Of a DNA stretch of 52,685 bases, positions 38,996 to 47,690 are shown piece after piece. Under the pieces are notes generated by a model, which saw nothing but the letters and a program-made list of their open reading frames with translations, was not told the DNA's origin and searched no databases. The stretch comes from Burkholderiaceae bacterium (GTDB lineage Bacteria > Pseudomonadota > Gammaproteobacteria > Burkholderiales > Burkholderiaceae_C), in the NCBI GenBank assembly GCA_031285125.1, contig JAITWT010000031.1, forward strand, positions 1-52,685, read 5' to 3'. The position numbers were made by a program, and so were the translations under genes. How positions within the stretch are numbered: the stretch's first letter is position 1; every line of letters starts with the position of its first letter.

Positions 38996-39040
38996 CAGTT
39001 TTGGTTGAGATGTGCACAACCACAACTCCTCCTGCAAGTG
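38996..39040 (+). repeat. Direct repeat copy 2 (CAGTTTTGGTTGAGATGTGCACAAC plus weaker tail)
   Basis: 23/25 identical to 28651-28675. It starts 9 nt after the methyltransferase stop. Confidence 0.8.
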
Positions 39041-39042
39041 CC

Positions 39043-39113
39043 GTCATTGCGAGCGTAGCGAAGCCATCCAGTTCACAGCACACTGGATTGCTTCGCCTTC
39101 GGCTCGCAATGAC
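39043..39113. repeat. 71-nt palindromic hairpin element (GTCATTGCGAGC...GCTCGCAATGAC)
   Basis: The outer 12-bp arms are perfect. The inner arms GCGAAGCCATCCAG/CTGGATTGCTTCGC carry one mismatch. Confidence 0.8.
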
Positions 39114-39237
39114 GAAAGTCATTGAAAATTTGTAATCGACTCAACAAAAGATGCTCTAGAAGCGGTAGTTGACCGGTAGTTGACCGGCAGTTGGCCGCTG
39201 GTTATCTTCATGGAAGCCGCATGAATATTGGCTTGCG

Positions 39238-40329
39238 CTATTTCTCCACCCATTCACGCGCCCGGCGGTAAGCCGGCGAATCGGCCAGCGCCTCCCACGC
39301 CAAGGCGGGCCGGCACGGCAACAGGGCGCGACGGCGTGCTTCGCTGCGCCGGTCGGGCCGCCAGCGGCCTTCATGCTCGGCGCGCACCATGCCTTCGAGC
39401 AACGTGTCGAGTTCAGCGCCGCCGTTCAGGCTTTTGTTGCAAAGCAGCGCCAGATCACAGCCCGCATCCAGCGCGGCCAAGGCGGCTTCGGTGTAATCGA
39501 GCCGCTGGCCATCGATGAAGCGGGCGGCTTCCATGCCCAGATCGTCGCTGAAGATGGCGCCCTCGAAACCCAGCCGCGTGCGCAGAATGTCTTGCAGCCA
39601 GCGGCGCGAAAAGCCGGCGGGGCGCGCATCGACACGCGCGTAGATCACATGCGCGGGCATGACCGCGCTCAGGCTGCCGGCGAGCCATTCGAAAGGCCGC
39701 GCATCGTCGGCCAAAATCGCGCGCAGCGAACGGCGGTCGATCGGGATGGCGACGTGCGAATCGGCCTGGACGTAGCCATGCCCCGGAAAATGCTTGCCGC
39801 AGCAGCCCATGCCGGCACGCAACATGCCGTGCGCGAGACTTTGCGCCAGCAGGGCGACCACGCGCGCATCGCGGTGCAAGCTGCGATCCCCGATCACACT
39901 GCTGCCGCCATGATCGAGGTCGAGCACCGGCGCGAAGCTGAAATCGACACCGACCGCACGCAATTCGCTGGCCAGGACGAAGCCGCAGGCCTCGGCCCTT
40001 TGCACGGCGTGCATCGGATCAAGCATCCACGCCTGGCCGAGCGCGCGCATCGCGGGCAGGTGCGTGAAGCCATCGTCACGGAAACGCTGCACGCGCCCGC
40101 CTTCGTGATCGACAGCAATGAGCACATCGGGGCGCAGCGCTTTGATCTGCGCGTTGAGCTCGCCCATCGCCGCGCGGCCCTGCCCGCCGCCTTGCCCGCC
40201 GCCTTGCCAATTGCGCGCGAAATGGATCACACCGCCCACGTGCGGATCGGTCAGACGGCGACGGTCATCGGCGCTTAACGCAGGGCCGGCAATGTCGATG
40301 ATGAGCGGGGCATGCAAATTAGCGCTCAT
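39238..40329 (-). CDS. nagZ: Beta-N-acetylhexosaminidase
   Basis: 363 aa with [14 protein letters not shown] and [11 protein letters not shown] at 40329 lies within the longer track ORF. Confidence 0.9.
   Translation of the reverse strand: MSANLHAPLIIDIAGPALSADDRRRLTDPHVGGVIHFARNWQGGGQGGGQGRAAMGELNAQIKALRPDVLIAVDHEGGRVQRFRDDGFTHLPAMRALGQAWMLDPMHAVQRAEACGFVLASELRAVGVDFSFAPVLDLDHGGSSVIGDRSLHRDARVVALLAQSLAHGMLRAGMGCCGKHFPGHGYVQADSHVAIPIDRRSLRAILADDARPFEWLAGSLSAVMPAHVIYARVDARPAGFSRRWLQDILRTRLGFEGAIFSDDLGMEAARFIDGQRLDYTEAALAALDAGCDLALLCNKSLNGGAELDTLLEGMVRAEHEGRWRPDRRSEARRRALLPCRPALAWEALADSPAYRRAREWVEK
40178..40208. repeat. In-frame 12-bp tandem repeat inside nagZ
   Basis: ccctgcccgccg ccttgcccgccg ccttgcc encodes GGGQGGGQG on the minus strand. 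Confidence 0.85.
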
Positions 40330-40741
40330 TCGGGGAGCCCCCTTCTTTTTTCTCCACGACCACAAAACTGGCCGCGTAATCGTTTTCATCGGTGATGCTG
40401 ACATGGGCACGCAGTGCGCGCGCCTCGAACCATGCCTTGAGCACGCCATGCAGCACGATCATGGGCTGCCCGCTGGGCAGCTTGGCGATTTCGCACAACT
40501 GCCACCCCATCGGCATTCGCATCCCCAGGCCGATCGCTTTGCTGAACGCTTCCTTGGCCGAGAAGCGCGTGGCCAGATAGCGCACGCCACGCTGCGGCCA
40601 ACGCGCGCCGCGCGCTTGCCAAGTGAGAAACTCGCCATCGGCCAGCACCCGGCGCGCGAAATGCTCACCGTGGCGTTCAAGCGCCTGGGCCATGCGGCGA
40701 ATATCGCAAATGTCGGTGCCTATACCGTAGATCGCACTCAT
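40319..40741 (-). CDS. acpS: Holo-[acyl-carrier-protein] synthase
   Basis: [17 protein letters not shown]...[10 protein letters not shown]. Its 3' end overlaps the nagZ start by 11 nt. Confidence 0.92.
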   Translation of the reverse strand: MSAIYGIGTDICDIRRMAQALERHGEHFARRVLADGEFLTWQARGARWPQRGVRYLATRFSAKEAFSKAIGLGMRMPMGWQLCEIAKLPSGQPMIVLHGVLKAWFEARALRAHVSITDENDYAASFVVVEKKEGGSPNER

Positions 40742-40765
40742 GGTCAGAGGGTGTGGCGGCCAGGG

Positions 40766-40794
40766 CCGTTTGAGATCGTAAACAGGTTCTTAGC
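40766..40794 (-). repeat. Solo copy of the AGAACCTGTTTACGATC repeat family (reverse orientation)
   Basis: The reverse complement reads TAAGAACCTGTTTACGATCTCAAACGGC. It fills most of the 55-bp pdxJ-acpS gap. Confidence 0.8.
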
Positions 40795-40796
40795 GG

Positions 40797-41597
40797 CTAC
40801 CCAGCAGCCGCTGCGATGCAACACAGGTATTCGCGCACAGCGGCGGTATAGCCCAGTTCAAGCGCATCGGCGATGAAGGCATGGCCGATCGACACCTCGC
40901 GTACACCCGGCACGGCGCGCAGGAATTCGGTCAGATTGTCGCGGCTGAGGTCATGCCCGGCGTTGACTTGCAGGCCCGCCGCCTGCGCGGCGCGCCCGGC
41001 TTGAACATAGCGGCGCAACACGGCATCGGCTTCGGGCGTGCCGCGCGAGGCCGCATAGCCCTCGGTGTACAACTCGACACGATCGGCGCCGGCGGCCTTG
41101 GCCGCGGCCATGGCCAACGGGTCGGGATCCATGAACAGGCTCACGCGCGCGCCCAGCGCTTGGGCCTGCGCAATCAGCGGGCGCAGGCGTTGTGCATCGG
41201 ACGGGAAGCTCCAGCCGTGGTCGCTGGTGAACTGATCTTCAGTATCGGGCACGAAGGTGACTTGGTGCGGGCGCAACGCACGCACAAAATCCATCAGATT
41301 GTGAAAGGGATTGCCCTCGATGTTGAATTCGGCGCGCGGCCAATCGCGCGCGAGCAGCGCGGACAGATCGCGCACGTCTTGCGCGCGGATGTGGCGCTCA
41401 TCGGGACGCGGGTGCACCGTGATGCCCTGCGCGCCCGCTTGCAAGCATTGCGTGGCCGCGCGCAGCACGCTGGGAATACCCAGGTGGCGCGTGTTACGCA
41501 CCAGCGCGACTTTGTTGACGTTGATGGACAGCGCCGTGCCCACCGCAGGGAAAACCGTTGGAACAGCAGAAGTCACCGTATCACTCACCGTATTCAT
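40797..41597 (-). CDS. pdxJ: Pyridoxine 5'-phosphate synthase
   Basis: 266 aa with [35 protein letters not shown] and NAGHDL. Its ATG overlaps the recO stop (ATGA). Confidence 0.92.
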   Translation of the reverse strand: MNTVSDTVTSAVPTVFPAVGTALSINVNKVALVRNTRHLGIPSVLRAATQCLQAGAQGITVHPRPDERHIRAQDVRDLSALLARDWPRAEFNIEGNPFHNLMDFVRALRPHQVTFVPDTEDQFTSDHGWSFPSDAQRLRPLIAQAQALGARVSLFMDPDPLAMAAAKAAGADRVELYTEGYAASRGTPEADAVLRRYVQAGRAAQAAGLQVNAGHDLSRDNLTEFLRAVPGVREVSIGHAFIADALELGYTAAVREYLCCIAAAAG

Positions 41598-42394
41598 AGA
41601 GATTGCAATTCTTTCATCATCTGCCGCGTGCGTAGCGTGGCGGCGCCGCAATGGTAGAGGAGCACGGCGCGCAACTGGGTCCGCAACGCCGCATTGGCCC
41701 CTGGCGGCAGCGTAGCGACGATGCCCATCAGCGCGGACCAGGGGGTCGGCCGAGGACGATTCAAAGTCAACGGCGCAACATCGCCAAGCGCCCCTTGCAG
41801 CGCGCACCAAGCGGCGCCATCGAGCGCGCTTTCCCCGGGCGCTGCCTCGCGCAGCCCCTGTTCGGCCAGCAGTGCATAGCGCTCATCCTCATGCAATGGC
41901 GCCAGCGTGGCGGTCTGCACATCAAGCGCGGGCAACAAACCGGTCTCGCGCAACAGCAGCAATTCAAAGGACCTCAACGCGCAGGAGCGCGCCACGCCTT
42001 GTGCCGGCTCCGGACCCGGCGTGGCCAGCACGCCAACCGCGCCCGCATAGGCATCGAACAGCGCCTCGTGCGGATCGTCGCGCGCGAGCAGGCGCAGCAG
42101 CAGTTCGTTGAGGTAGTAGCCCGACAGCAGCGCCTCGCCGATGGGCATGACCTGCCTGCCCATCCACTCAGCGCCCTTGAGCGCGCGGATTTCACCCTCA
42201 CCGCCAAAAGCAATTTGTAAAGGCTGCAACGGCAAAAGCACGGGCCGGAAATTGGAACTCGGGCGCTTGACCCCCTTCGCCGCCAGGGCGATACGGCCGT
42301 GGTGACGGGTGAATATTTCCAGAATCAGGCTTGATTCGCTCCAGTCATAGCGATGGAGCACGAAAGCAGGTTCGTGGGTGACACGCTTGGCCAC
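41594..42394 (-). CDS. recO: DNA repair protein RecO
   Basis: [40 protein letters not shown] is the RecO N-terminal OB-fold signature. GTG start. It lies in the era-recO-pdxJ context. Confidence 0.88.
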   Translation of the reverse strand: MAKRVTHEPAFVLHRYDWSESSLILEIFTRHHGRIALAAKGVKRPSSNFRPVLLPLQPLQIAFGGEGEIRALKGAEWMGRQVMPIGEALLSGYYLNELLLRLLARDDPHEALFDAYAGAVGVLATPGPEPAQGVARSCALRSFELLLLRETGLLPALDVQTATLAPLHEDERYALLAEQGLREAAPGESALDGAAWCALQGALGDVAPLTLNRPRPTPWSALMGIVATLPPGANAALRTQLRAVLLYHCGAATLRTRQMMKELQSL

Positions 42395-42419
42395 GGGGAC
42401 GCTGACCCAGGGTTACGGA

Positions 42420-43403
42420 TTACTCATAGCCGAAGGAGCGCACGCGGGCCTCATCATCAGCCCAGCCCGAACGCACCTTGACCCACAGCTCGATGAACAC
42501 TTTGGCGTCCAGCATCTGCTCGAGCTCCTGCCGCGCTTCGGTGCCGATGCGCTTGATGCGCTCGCCATGCTCGCCAATCACCATCGCCTTGTGACCGTCA
42601 CGATCAACGATGAGGGTGGCGGCGATGCGCAACAATCGTTTCTGGCCCTTCTTTTGCGGCGCCTCTTCCTCGAAACGGTCCACCACCACCGTGCAGGTGT
42701 AGGGCAATTCGTCGCCGGTCAGGCGAAACAGCTTCTCGCGCACCACTTCGCTGACGAGGAAGCGCTCGCTGCGATCGGTCAATTCGTCTGGCCCGTACCA
42801 CCAGGGCTGCACGGGCAGGTATTTCTCGCAGATCGCCAGCAGGCGCCGCACATCGCCCGAGTTCTTGGCCGACATCGGCACATATTCGGCAAAGGCGCGG
42901 CGCTGCTGCATTTGCTTGAGCCACGGCGCCAGCTCCGCGCGGCGATGGATGTGATCGAGCTTATTGGCCACCAGCAGCACCGCAATGTCCGGCCCCAGGC
43001 GGGCCAGCACCTGCTCGTCGGCGGGCGTGAAACGGCCGGCTTCGACGACGAACAAAATTAAATCGACATCGGTCACTGCGCCCAGCACGGTTTTGTTGAG
43101 CGCGCGGTTCAGCGCATTGCCATGACGCGTCTGAAAGCCCGGCGTATCAACGAAGACAAACTGCGCCGCGCCCGCCGTGCGAATGCCGGTGATGCGATGG
43201 CGCGTGGTTTGCGCCTTGCGCGAGGTGATGCTGAGTTTTTGCCCGACGAGCGCGTTGAACAAGGTCGATTTACCGACGTTGGGCCGGCCGGCGATAGCAA
43301 TCAGCCCACAACGCTGCGCGGCGTCTGCGCTCGCATCTGCGCTCGCATCTGCGCCCGCTTCATCGGCCGCATCGGCTCGATCAGGTGTGTCAGGAGCGCT
43401 CAC
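42420..43403 (-). CDS. era: GTPase Era
   Basis: G1 motif [10 protein letters not shown], then DTPG and NKLD, and a C-terminal KH domain. GTG at 43403 is preceded by AAAGGAGA and overlaps the rnc stop (GTGA). The track ORF start at 43547 is rejected. Confidence 0.9.
   Translation of the reverse strand: MSAPDTPDRADAADEAGADASADASADAAQRCGLIAIAGRPNVGKSTLFNALVGQKLSITSRKAQTTRHRITGIRTAGAAQFVFVDTPGFQTRHGNALNRALNKTVLGAVTDVDLILFVVEAGRFTPADEQVLARLGPDIAVLLVANKLDHIHRRAELAPWLKQMQQRRAFAEYVPMSAKNSGDVRRLLAICEKYLPVQPWWYGPDELTDRSERFLVSEVVREKLFRLTGDELPYTCTVVVDRFEEEAPQKKGQKRLLRIAATLIVDRDGHKAMVIGEHGERIKRIGTEARQELEQMLDAKVFIELWVKVRSGWADDEARVRSFGYE
43324..43358. repeat. In-frame 12-bp tandem repeat in the era 5' region
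   Basis: tctgcgctcgca x2 plus a partial copy encodes (ADAS)n in the N-terminal extension. Confidence 0.85.
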
Positions 43404-44200
43404 GCCTTGTCTCCTTTGCGCGTTTTCGGCGCCGGCGCCGGCGGTGCCTTTAGCCGTACCAGCATGGCCGCTGCCGCGGCCTGTTCGCCGGCCCGGCGCG
43501 AACCGCCGATACCGCGCTCGGCCCAGCCGCGTTCGCTGACTTCGCATTCGACATCAAAGGTCTGCTTGTGCGCGGCGCCCAAGGTCGCCACCACGCGGTA
43601 AACCGGCAACTGCATCTTGTGGCCTTGCAGCCATTCCTGCAATTCGGTTTTCGGATCCTTGGCGGCAGCGGGCATGTCTGGATTGATTTCGACCGACTCA
43701 TAGAACCGATGCACCAACGCTTGGGCGGCGGCATAACCGGCGTCCAGGTAGACCGCGCCAATCACGGCCTCCAGCGCATCGGCCAAGATCGACGGGCGGC
43801 GCGGACCGCCGGAGCGCACTTCGCCTTCACCCAGGCGCAGCAACGGCGACAGTTCCAGGTCTAAGGCGAGGCGATGCAACGTTTCCTGCCGCACCAGATT
43901 GGCGCGCACACGCGAGAGGTCGCCTTCGGGCATTTCGGCCAGACGCAGGAACAGCAGGTGCGAAACCGCAAGGTTGAGCACCGAATCGCCGAGAAATTCG
44001 AGCCGCTCGTTGTGATCGGACGAAAAGCTGCGATGCGTGAGCGCACGCTGCAACAGGCGCGGGTCGGCGAAGCGATAGCCGAGCCGATCCTGCAGATCCT
44101 GCAATGCGGCCAGCACACCAGTGGCCAAGCCCGCGGTGCTCGATGGGCTTGCTTTCACATCGCCCCCCCGATTTCCTTGGTTGCCCGCCGTCTCCAGCAC
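43400..44200 (-). CDS. rnc: Ribonuclease III
   Basis: [20 protein letters not shown] and [11 protein letters not shown] signatures plus a C-terminal dsRBD. The start is uncertain (GTG at 44200 or GTG at 44158). Confidence 0.92.
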   Translation of the reverse strand: MLETAGNQGNRGGDVKASPSSTAGLATGVLAALQDLQDRLGYRFADPRLLQRALTHRSFSSDHNERLEFLGDSVLNLAVSHLLFLRLAEMPEGDLSRVRANLVRQETLHRLALDLELSPLLRLGEGEVRSGGPRRPSILADALEAVIGAVYLDAGYAAAQALVHRFYESVEINPDMPAAAKDPKTELQEWLQGHKMQLPVYRVVATLGAAHKQTFDVECEVSERGWAERGIGGSRRAGEQAAAAAMLVRLKAPPAPAPKTRKGDKA

Positions 44201-44372
44201 GTATTCATCCTGGCAGCGGCCATTGCGGTGGACTCCTTACGCGCTTTCACGCGCGCCTGATGCACGTTACAGCGTCGCCCGTTCTGACAGGCATCCGCCC
44301 GCCGCGTCCTTGCGCCTGGCCTGGAACGCCGATCGCGGCACTGACGGGCATATTCAACCACCGTTTCTAGAT

Positions 44373-45344
44373 TCAATGGAAAGGGCCGATACGTTTGAGG
44401 TCACTGAAATTCATCGCGATAAAGAAAGCCTTACCAACGATATTGCGATCCGGCACGAACCCCCAGTAGCGCGAATCTTCCGAATTGTCGCGATTGTCAC
44501 CCATCATGAAATACGCGCCCGGCGGCACCTTGCAGATCACGCCATCGTAGCTGTATTGACAATTTTCACGATGTTCGAAAGGTAAAACGGCCGACTCCGG
44601 AACACCCGGCGGGTACATGTCCGTGTTGAGCATGCGATGCTCACGTTCACCCAAAGTTTCACTGAACTGCTGACGGTAGCCGTGTTCCTCTTCATTGGAA
44701 TAGTCGGGCAGCGGGGTTTCATTGACCGGCTGGCCATTGATCGTCAAGCGCTTGTTCAAGTAGGCCACTTCGTCACCCGGCAAGCCAACGACCCGCTTGA
44801 TGTAGTTCTCGCTGAGATTGAGCGGATAACGGAACACCACCACATCGCCACGCTGGAGCGGATGACCGTTGGTGAGTTTGGTGTAGATCACGGGCAGGCG
44901 CATGCCATAGGTGAATTTGTTGACAAGGATGAAATCCCCGGTCAGCAGCGTCGGCGTCATCGAACCCGAAGGAATTTTGAAGGGTTCAGCGATAAAAGAG
45001 CGCAGCAGGAAGACCACCAAAATGACCGGGAACAACCCCGCCGTCCAATCCAGCCACCAAGGCTGCATCAGCAAATGCTCCTTGGCCTTCGGATCGGCCG
45101 TATCGACCTGGGTGATGCCCTGGCGCGCCAGGCTTTCATTGCGCTGCGCGAGCGAGCCCTCAAGCTTGGCGGCGGCGGCGCGGCGGCGCGGCAGAAAATA
45201 AAAACGCTCGGCCAGCCAGTACAGCCCCGTGACCACGGTCGCTATAAACAGCAGCAGCTCAAAATTACCTTGGACAGCGCCAAATAGCCAAGCACCGATA
45301 TAGCCGACAAACGCGGCCAGAACTATGAAAGTGAGAACGGGCAT
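44373..45344 (-). CDS. lepB: Signal peptidase I
   Basis: IPSGSMTPTLLTGD, RGDVVVF and GDNRDNSEDSRYWGFVP. Confidence 0.93.
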   Translation of the reverse strand: MPVLTFIVLAAFVGYIGAWLFGAVQGNFELLLFIATVVTGLYWLAERFYFLPRRRAAAAKLEGSLAQRNESLARQGITQVDTADPKAKEHLLMQPWWLDWTAGLFPVILVVFLLRSFIAEPFKIPSGSMTPTLLTGDFILVNKFTYGMRLPVIYTKLTNGHPLQRGDVVVFRYPLNLSENYIKRVVGLPGDEVAYLNKRLTINGQPVNETPLPDYSNEEEHGYRQQFSETLGEREHRMLNTDMYPPGVPESAVLPFEHRENCQYSYDGVICKVPPGAYFMMGDNRDNSEDSRYWGFVPDRNIVGKAFFIAMNFSDLKRIGPFH

Positions 45345-45363
45345 ATGTAAAACTTCAGGACAT

Positions 45364-47178
45364 TCAGTCTTCGACTTGCAAGATCGCCAGGAAGGCTTCC
45401 TGCGGCACCTCGACGGTACCGATTTGTTTCATACGCTTCTTGCCCGCCTTTTGCTTTTCGAGTAGTTTGCGCTTACGGGTGATGTCACCCCCGTAGCACT
45501 TTGCTAATACATTCTTACGCAAAGCTTTGATTGTCTCACGCGCAATGATGTTCGAACCGATCGCCGCCTGGATGGCAACGTCGTACATCTGGCGGGAGAT
45601 GATTTCGCGCATTTTCGCGACCACCGCCCTCCCCCGGAACTGCGCCTGCGTGCGGTGCACGATGATCGACAGCGCATCGACCTTGTCACCGTTGAGCAAA
45701 ATGTCTACTTTGACAACGTCCGAGGCGCGGTATTCCTTGAACTCGTAATCCATCGAGGCGTAACCGCGGCTGATCGATTTAAGCTTATCGAAAAAATCCA
45801 GCACGATTTCGGCCAGCGGCATCTCGTAGCTGAGCATCACCTGGCGGCCGTGGTAAGCCATATTGATTTGTACGCCGCGCTTCTGGTTGGCCAGCGTCAT
45901 GACCGGGCCGACGTATTCCTGCGGCATATATAAGTGCACGGTGACGATCGGTTCGCGGATTTCAGCCAGCCGGCCCGTATCGGGCATCTTGGACGGGTTT
46001 TCGACCATGAGGACCTGATCGTCGTTCTTGAGCACCTCATAGACCACGCTCGGAGCGGTCGTAATCAGATCCTGGTCGAACTCGCGCTCCAGCCGCTCCT
46101 GCACGATTTCCATGTGCAGCAGCCCCAGAAAGCCGCAGCGAAAACCGAACCCCAGCGCCTGGCTGACCTCGGGTTCGTAATGCAAGGAGGCGTCGTTGAG
46201 CTTGAGCTTTTCCAGCGCGTCGCGCAAAGCGTCGTACTCGCTGGCCTCGGTCGGGTACAAGCCGGCGAACACCTGCGGCTGGATTTCCTTGAAACCGGGC
46301 AACGCTTCGGTCGCGGTGAAGGCCGCGCCGCCGGTACCGGCGCGCACGGCGGTTACGGTATCGCCAACGCGCGCGGCCTGCAACTCCTTGATGCCTGCGA
46401 CGATGTAGCCCACTTCACCCGCTTCCAGCGCTTCGCGCGGCTGGTTGGCTGGCGTGAATACACCCAAACCATCGGCGATGTAGGTCGCCCCGCTGGCCAT
46501 CATCTTGATGCGCTCGCCCTTGGGCAGACGGCCATCGACCACGCGCACCAGCATCACGACACCCACATAGGAGTCGAACCAGCTGTCAATAATCATGGCG
46601 CGCAATGCCGCCTGCGGATTGCCGCGCGGCGACGGCACTTTGGAGACGATCGCTTCCAGCACCTCCTCGATGCCCTCACCGGTCTTGGCCGAGCAAGCAA
46701 TCGCAGCGCTGGCGTCGATACCGATCACGTCCTCGATTTCGGCCTTGGCGGCATCGGGGTCGGCCTGCGGCAGATCCATCTTGTTGAGCACGGGCAACAC
46801 CTCGACGCCCAGATCGAGCGCGGTGTAGCAATTGGCCACCGTCTGCGCCTCGACGCCCTGACTGGCATCGACCACCAGCAGCGCGCCTTCACACGCCGAC
46901 AACGAGCGCGAGACTTCGTAAGAAAAGTCCACGTGCCCGGGGGTGTCGATCAAGTTGAGGTTGTAGATCTGCCCATCGCGCGCCTTGTATTGCAATGCGG
47001 CGGTCTGCGCTTTGATAGTTATCCCCCGCTCGCGCTCGATGTCCATCGAGTCGAGTACCTGCGCTTCCATTTGGCGCTCGGCCAAACCGCCGCAGCGCTG
47101 GATGAGGCGATCGGCCAGCGTGGATTTGCCGTGGTCAATATGCGCGATGATTGAAAAGTTTCTGATGTGCTTCATCAA
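45364..47178 (-). CDS. lepA: Translation elongation factor 4 (LepA)
   Basis: [33 protein letters not shown] and the LepA-specific C-terminal domain. Confidence 0.96.
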   Translation of the reverse strand: MMKHIRNFSIIAHIDHGKSTLADRLIQRCGGLAERQMEAQVLDSMDIERERGITIKAQTAALQYKARDGQIYNLNLIDTPGHVDFSYEVSRSLSACEGALLVVDASQGVEAQTVANCYTALDLGVEVLPVLNKMDLPQADPDAAKAEIEDVIGIDASAAIACSAKTGEGIEEVLEAIVSKVPSPRGNPQAALRAMIIDSWFDSYVGVVMLVRVVDGRLPKGERIKMMASGATYIADGLGVFTPANQPREALEAGEVGYIVAGIKELQAARVGDTVTAVRAGTGGAAFTATEALPGFKEIQPQVFAGLYPTEASEYDALRDALEKLKLNDASLHYEPEVSQALGFGFRCGFLGLLHMEIVQERLEREFDQDLITTAPSVVYEVLKNDDQVLMVENPSKMPDTGRLAEIREPIVTVHLYMPQEYVGPVMTLANQKRGVQINMAYHGRQVMLSYEMPLAEIVLDFFDKLKSISRGYASMDYEFKEYRASDVVKVDILLNGDKVDALSIIVHRTQAQFRGRAVVAKMREIISRQMYDVAIQAAIGSNIIARETIKALRKNVLAKCYGGDITRKRKLLEKQKAGKKRMKQIGTVEVPQEAFLAILQVED

Positions 47179-47671
47179 CGGGAAAGGTTAACTGCTTGAA
47201 TTGCCTTGCGCACGCGATGATACGGGCAAGAAAAAGGGCGCGTCCATGGAAGACGCGCCCCGAACCAACAAGCAATGGCAACTGCATGAGTTGGAGCTTC
47301 ATTGTAGGCAAAAGGGCGCGTGCGTACAGGATTTGAGCTGCGATCAGAGCGTTGTTGTGGGTTCCCAGCAACCAAGTTATCAACAAATTATCCACAGATT
47401 CATGGGATGCTTTTTGTACAACTTGTGGACGCTCTGTGGAATCCAGGTGGACGGTCAGAGGATATCTCGCATAGTGAACAAAATTCTTGCTCTTATACCT
47501 TACATGGCAGTTAGGATCAGCGCATCCTAACAAAATTGTTGTTAGCCCAAAATATGTTAGTGCGCGCTGACACTATCAAAAGGGCTTGGACAGTGAAAAT
47601 TTTTTGGCCCTCCAGTTTGCCGATCCGCGCGGCCCCGCTTCCAGCGAAACACCCGTCGCTCAGCGCAGCGG

Positions 47672-47690
47672 CTTAGAACCTGTTTTCATC
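47672..47690 (+). repeat. Degenerate copy of the AGAACCTGTTTACGATC repeat family
   Basis: CTTAGAACCTGTTTTCATC. Its last bases form the parC stop codon (TGA on the minus strand, 47689-47691). Confidence 0.6.

Noticed and set aside
28651-39040. Interpreting the whole 10.3-kb repeat-bracketed segment as one mobile genomic island
   Set aside because: The interior includes galU, prlC and the essential lysS with native composition. There is no integrase or transposase, and only 28995-32182 is compositionally foreign. The observation is kept as a repeat finding, not as an island call.
47388-47443. Possible chromosomal replication origin or DnaA-box cluster
   Set aside because: Only one perfect TTATCCACA is present, and the neighbouring CACA-type words have 2-3 mismatches. 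A single perfect 9-mer in about 105 kb of two-strand sequence is not improbable by chance. There is no dnaA/dnaN/gidA context and no 13-mer AT-rich repeats.
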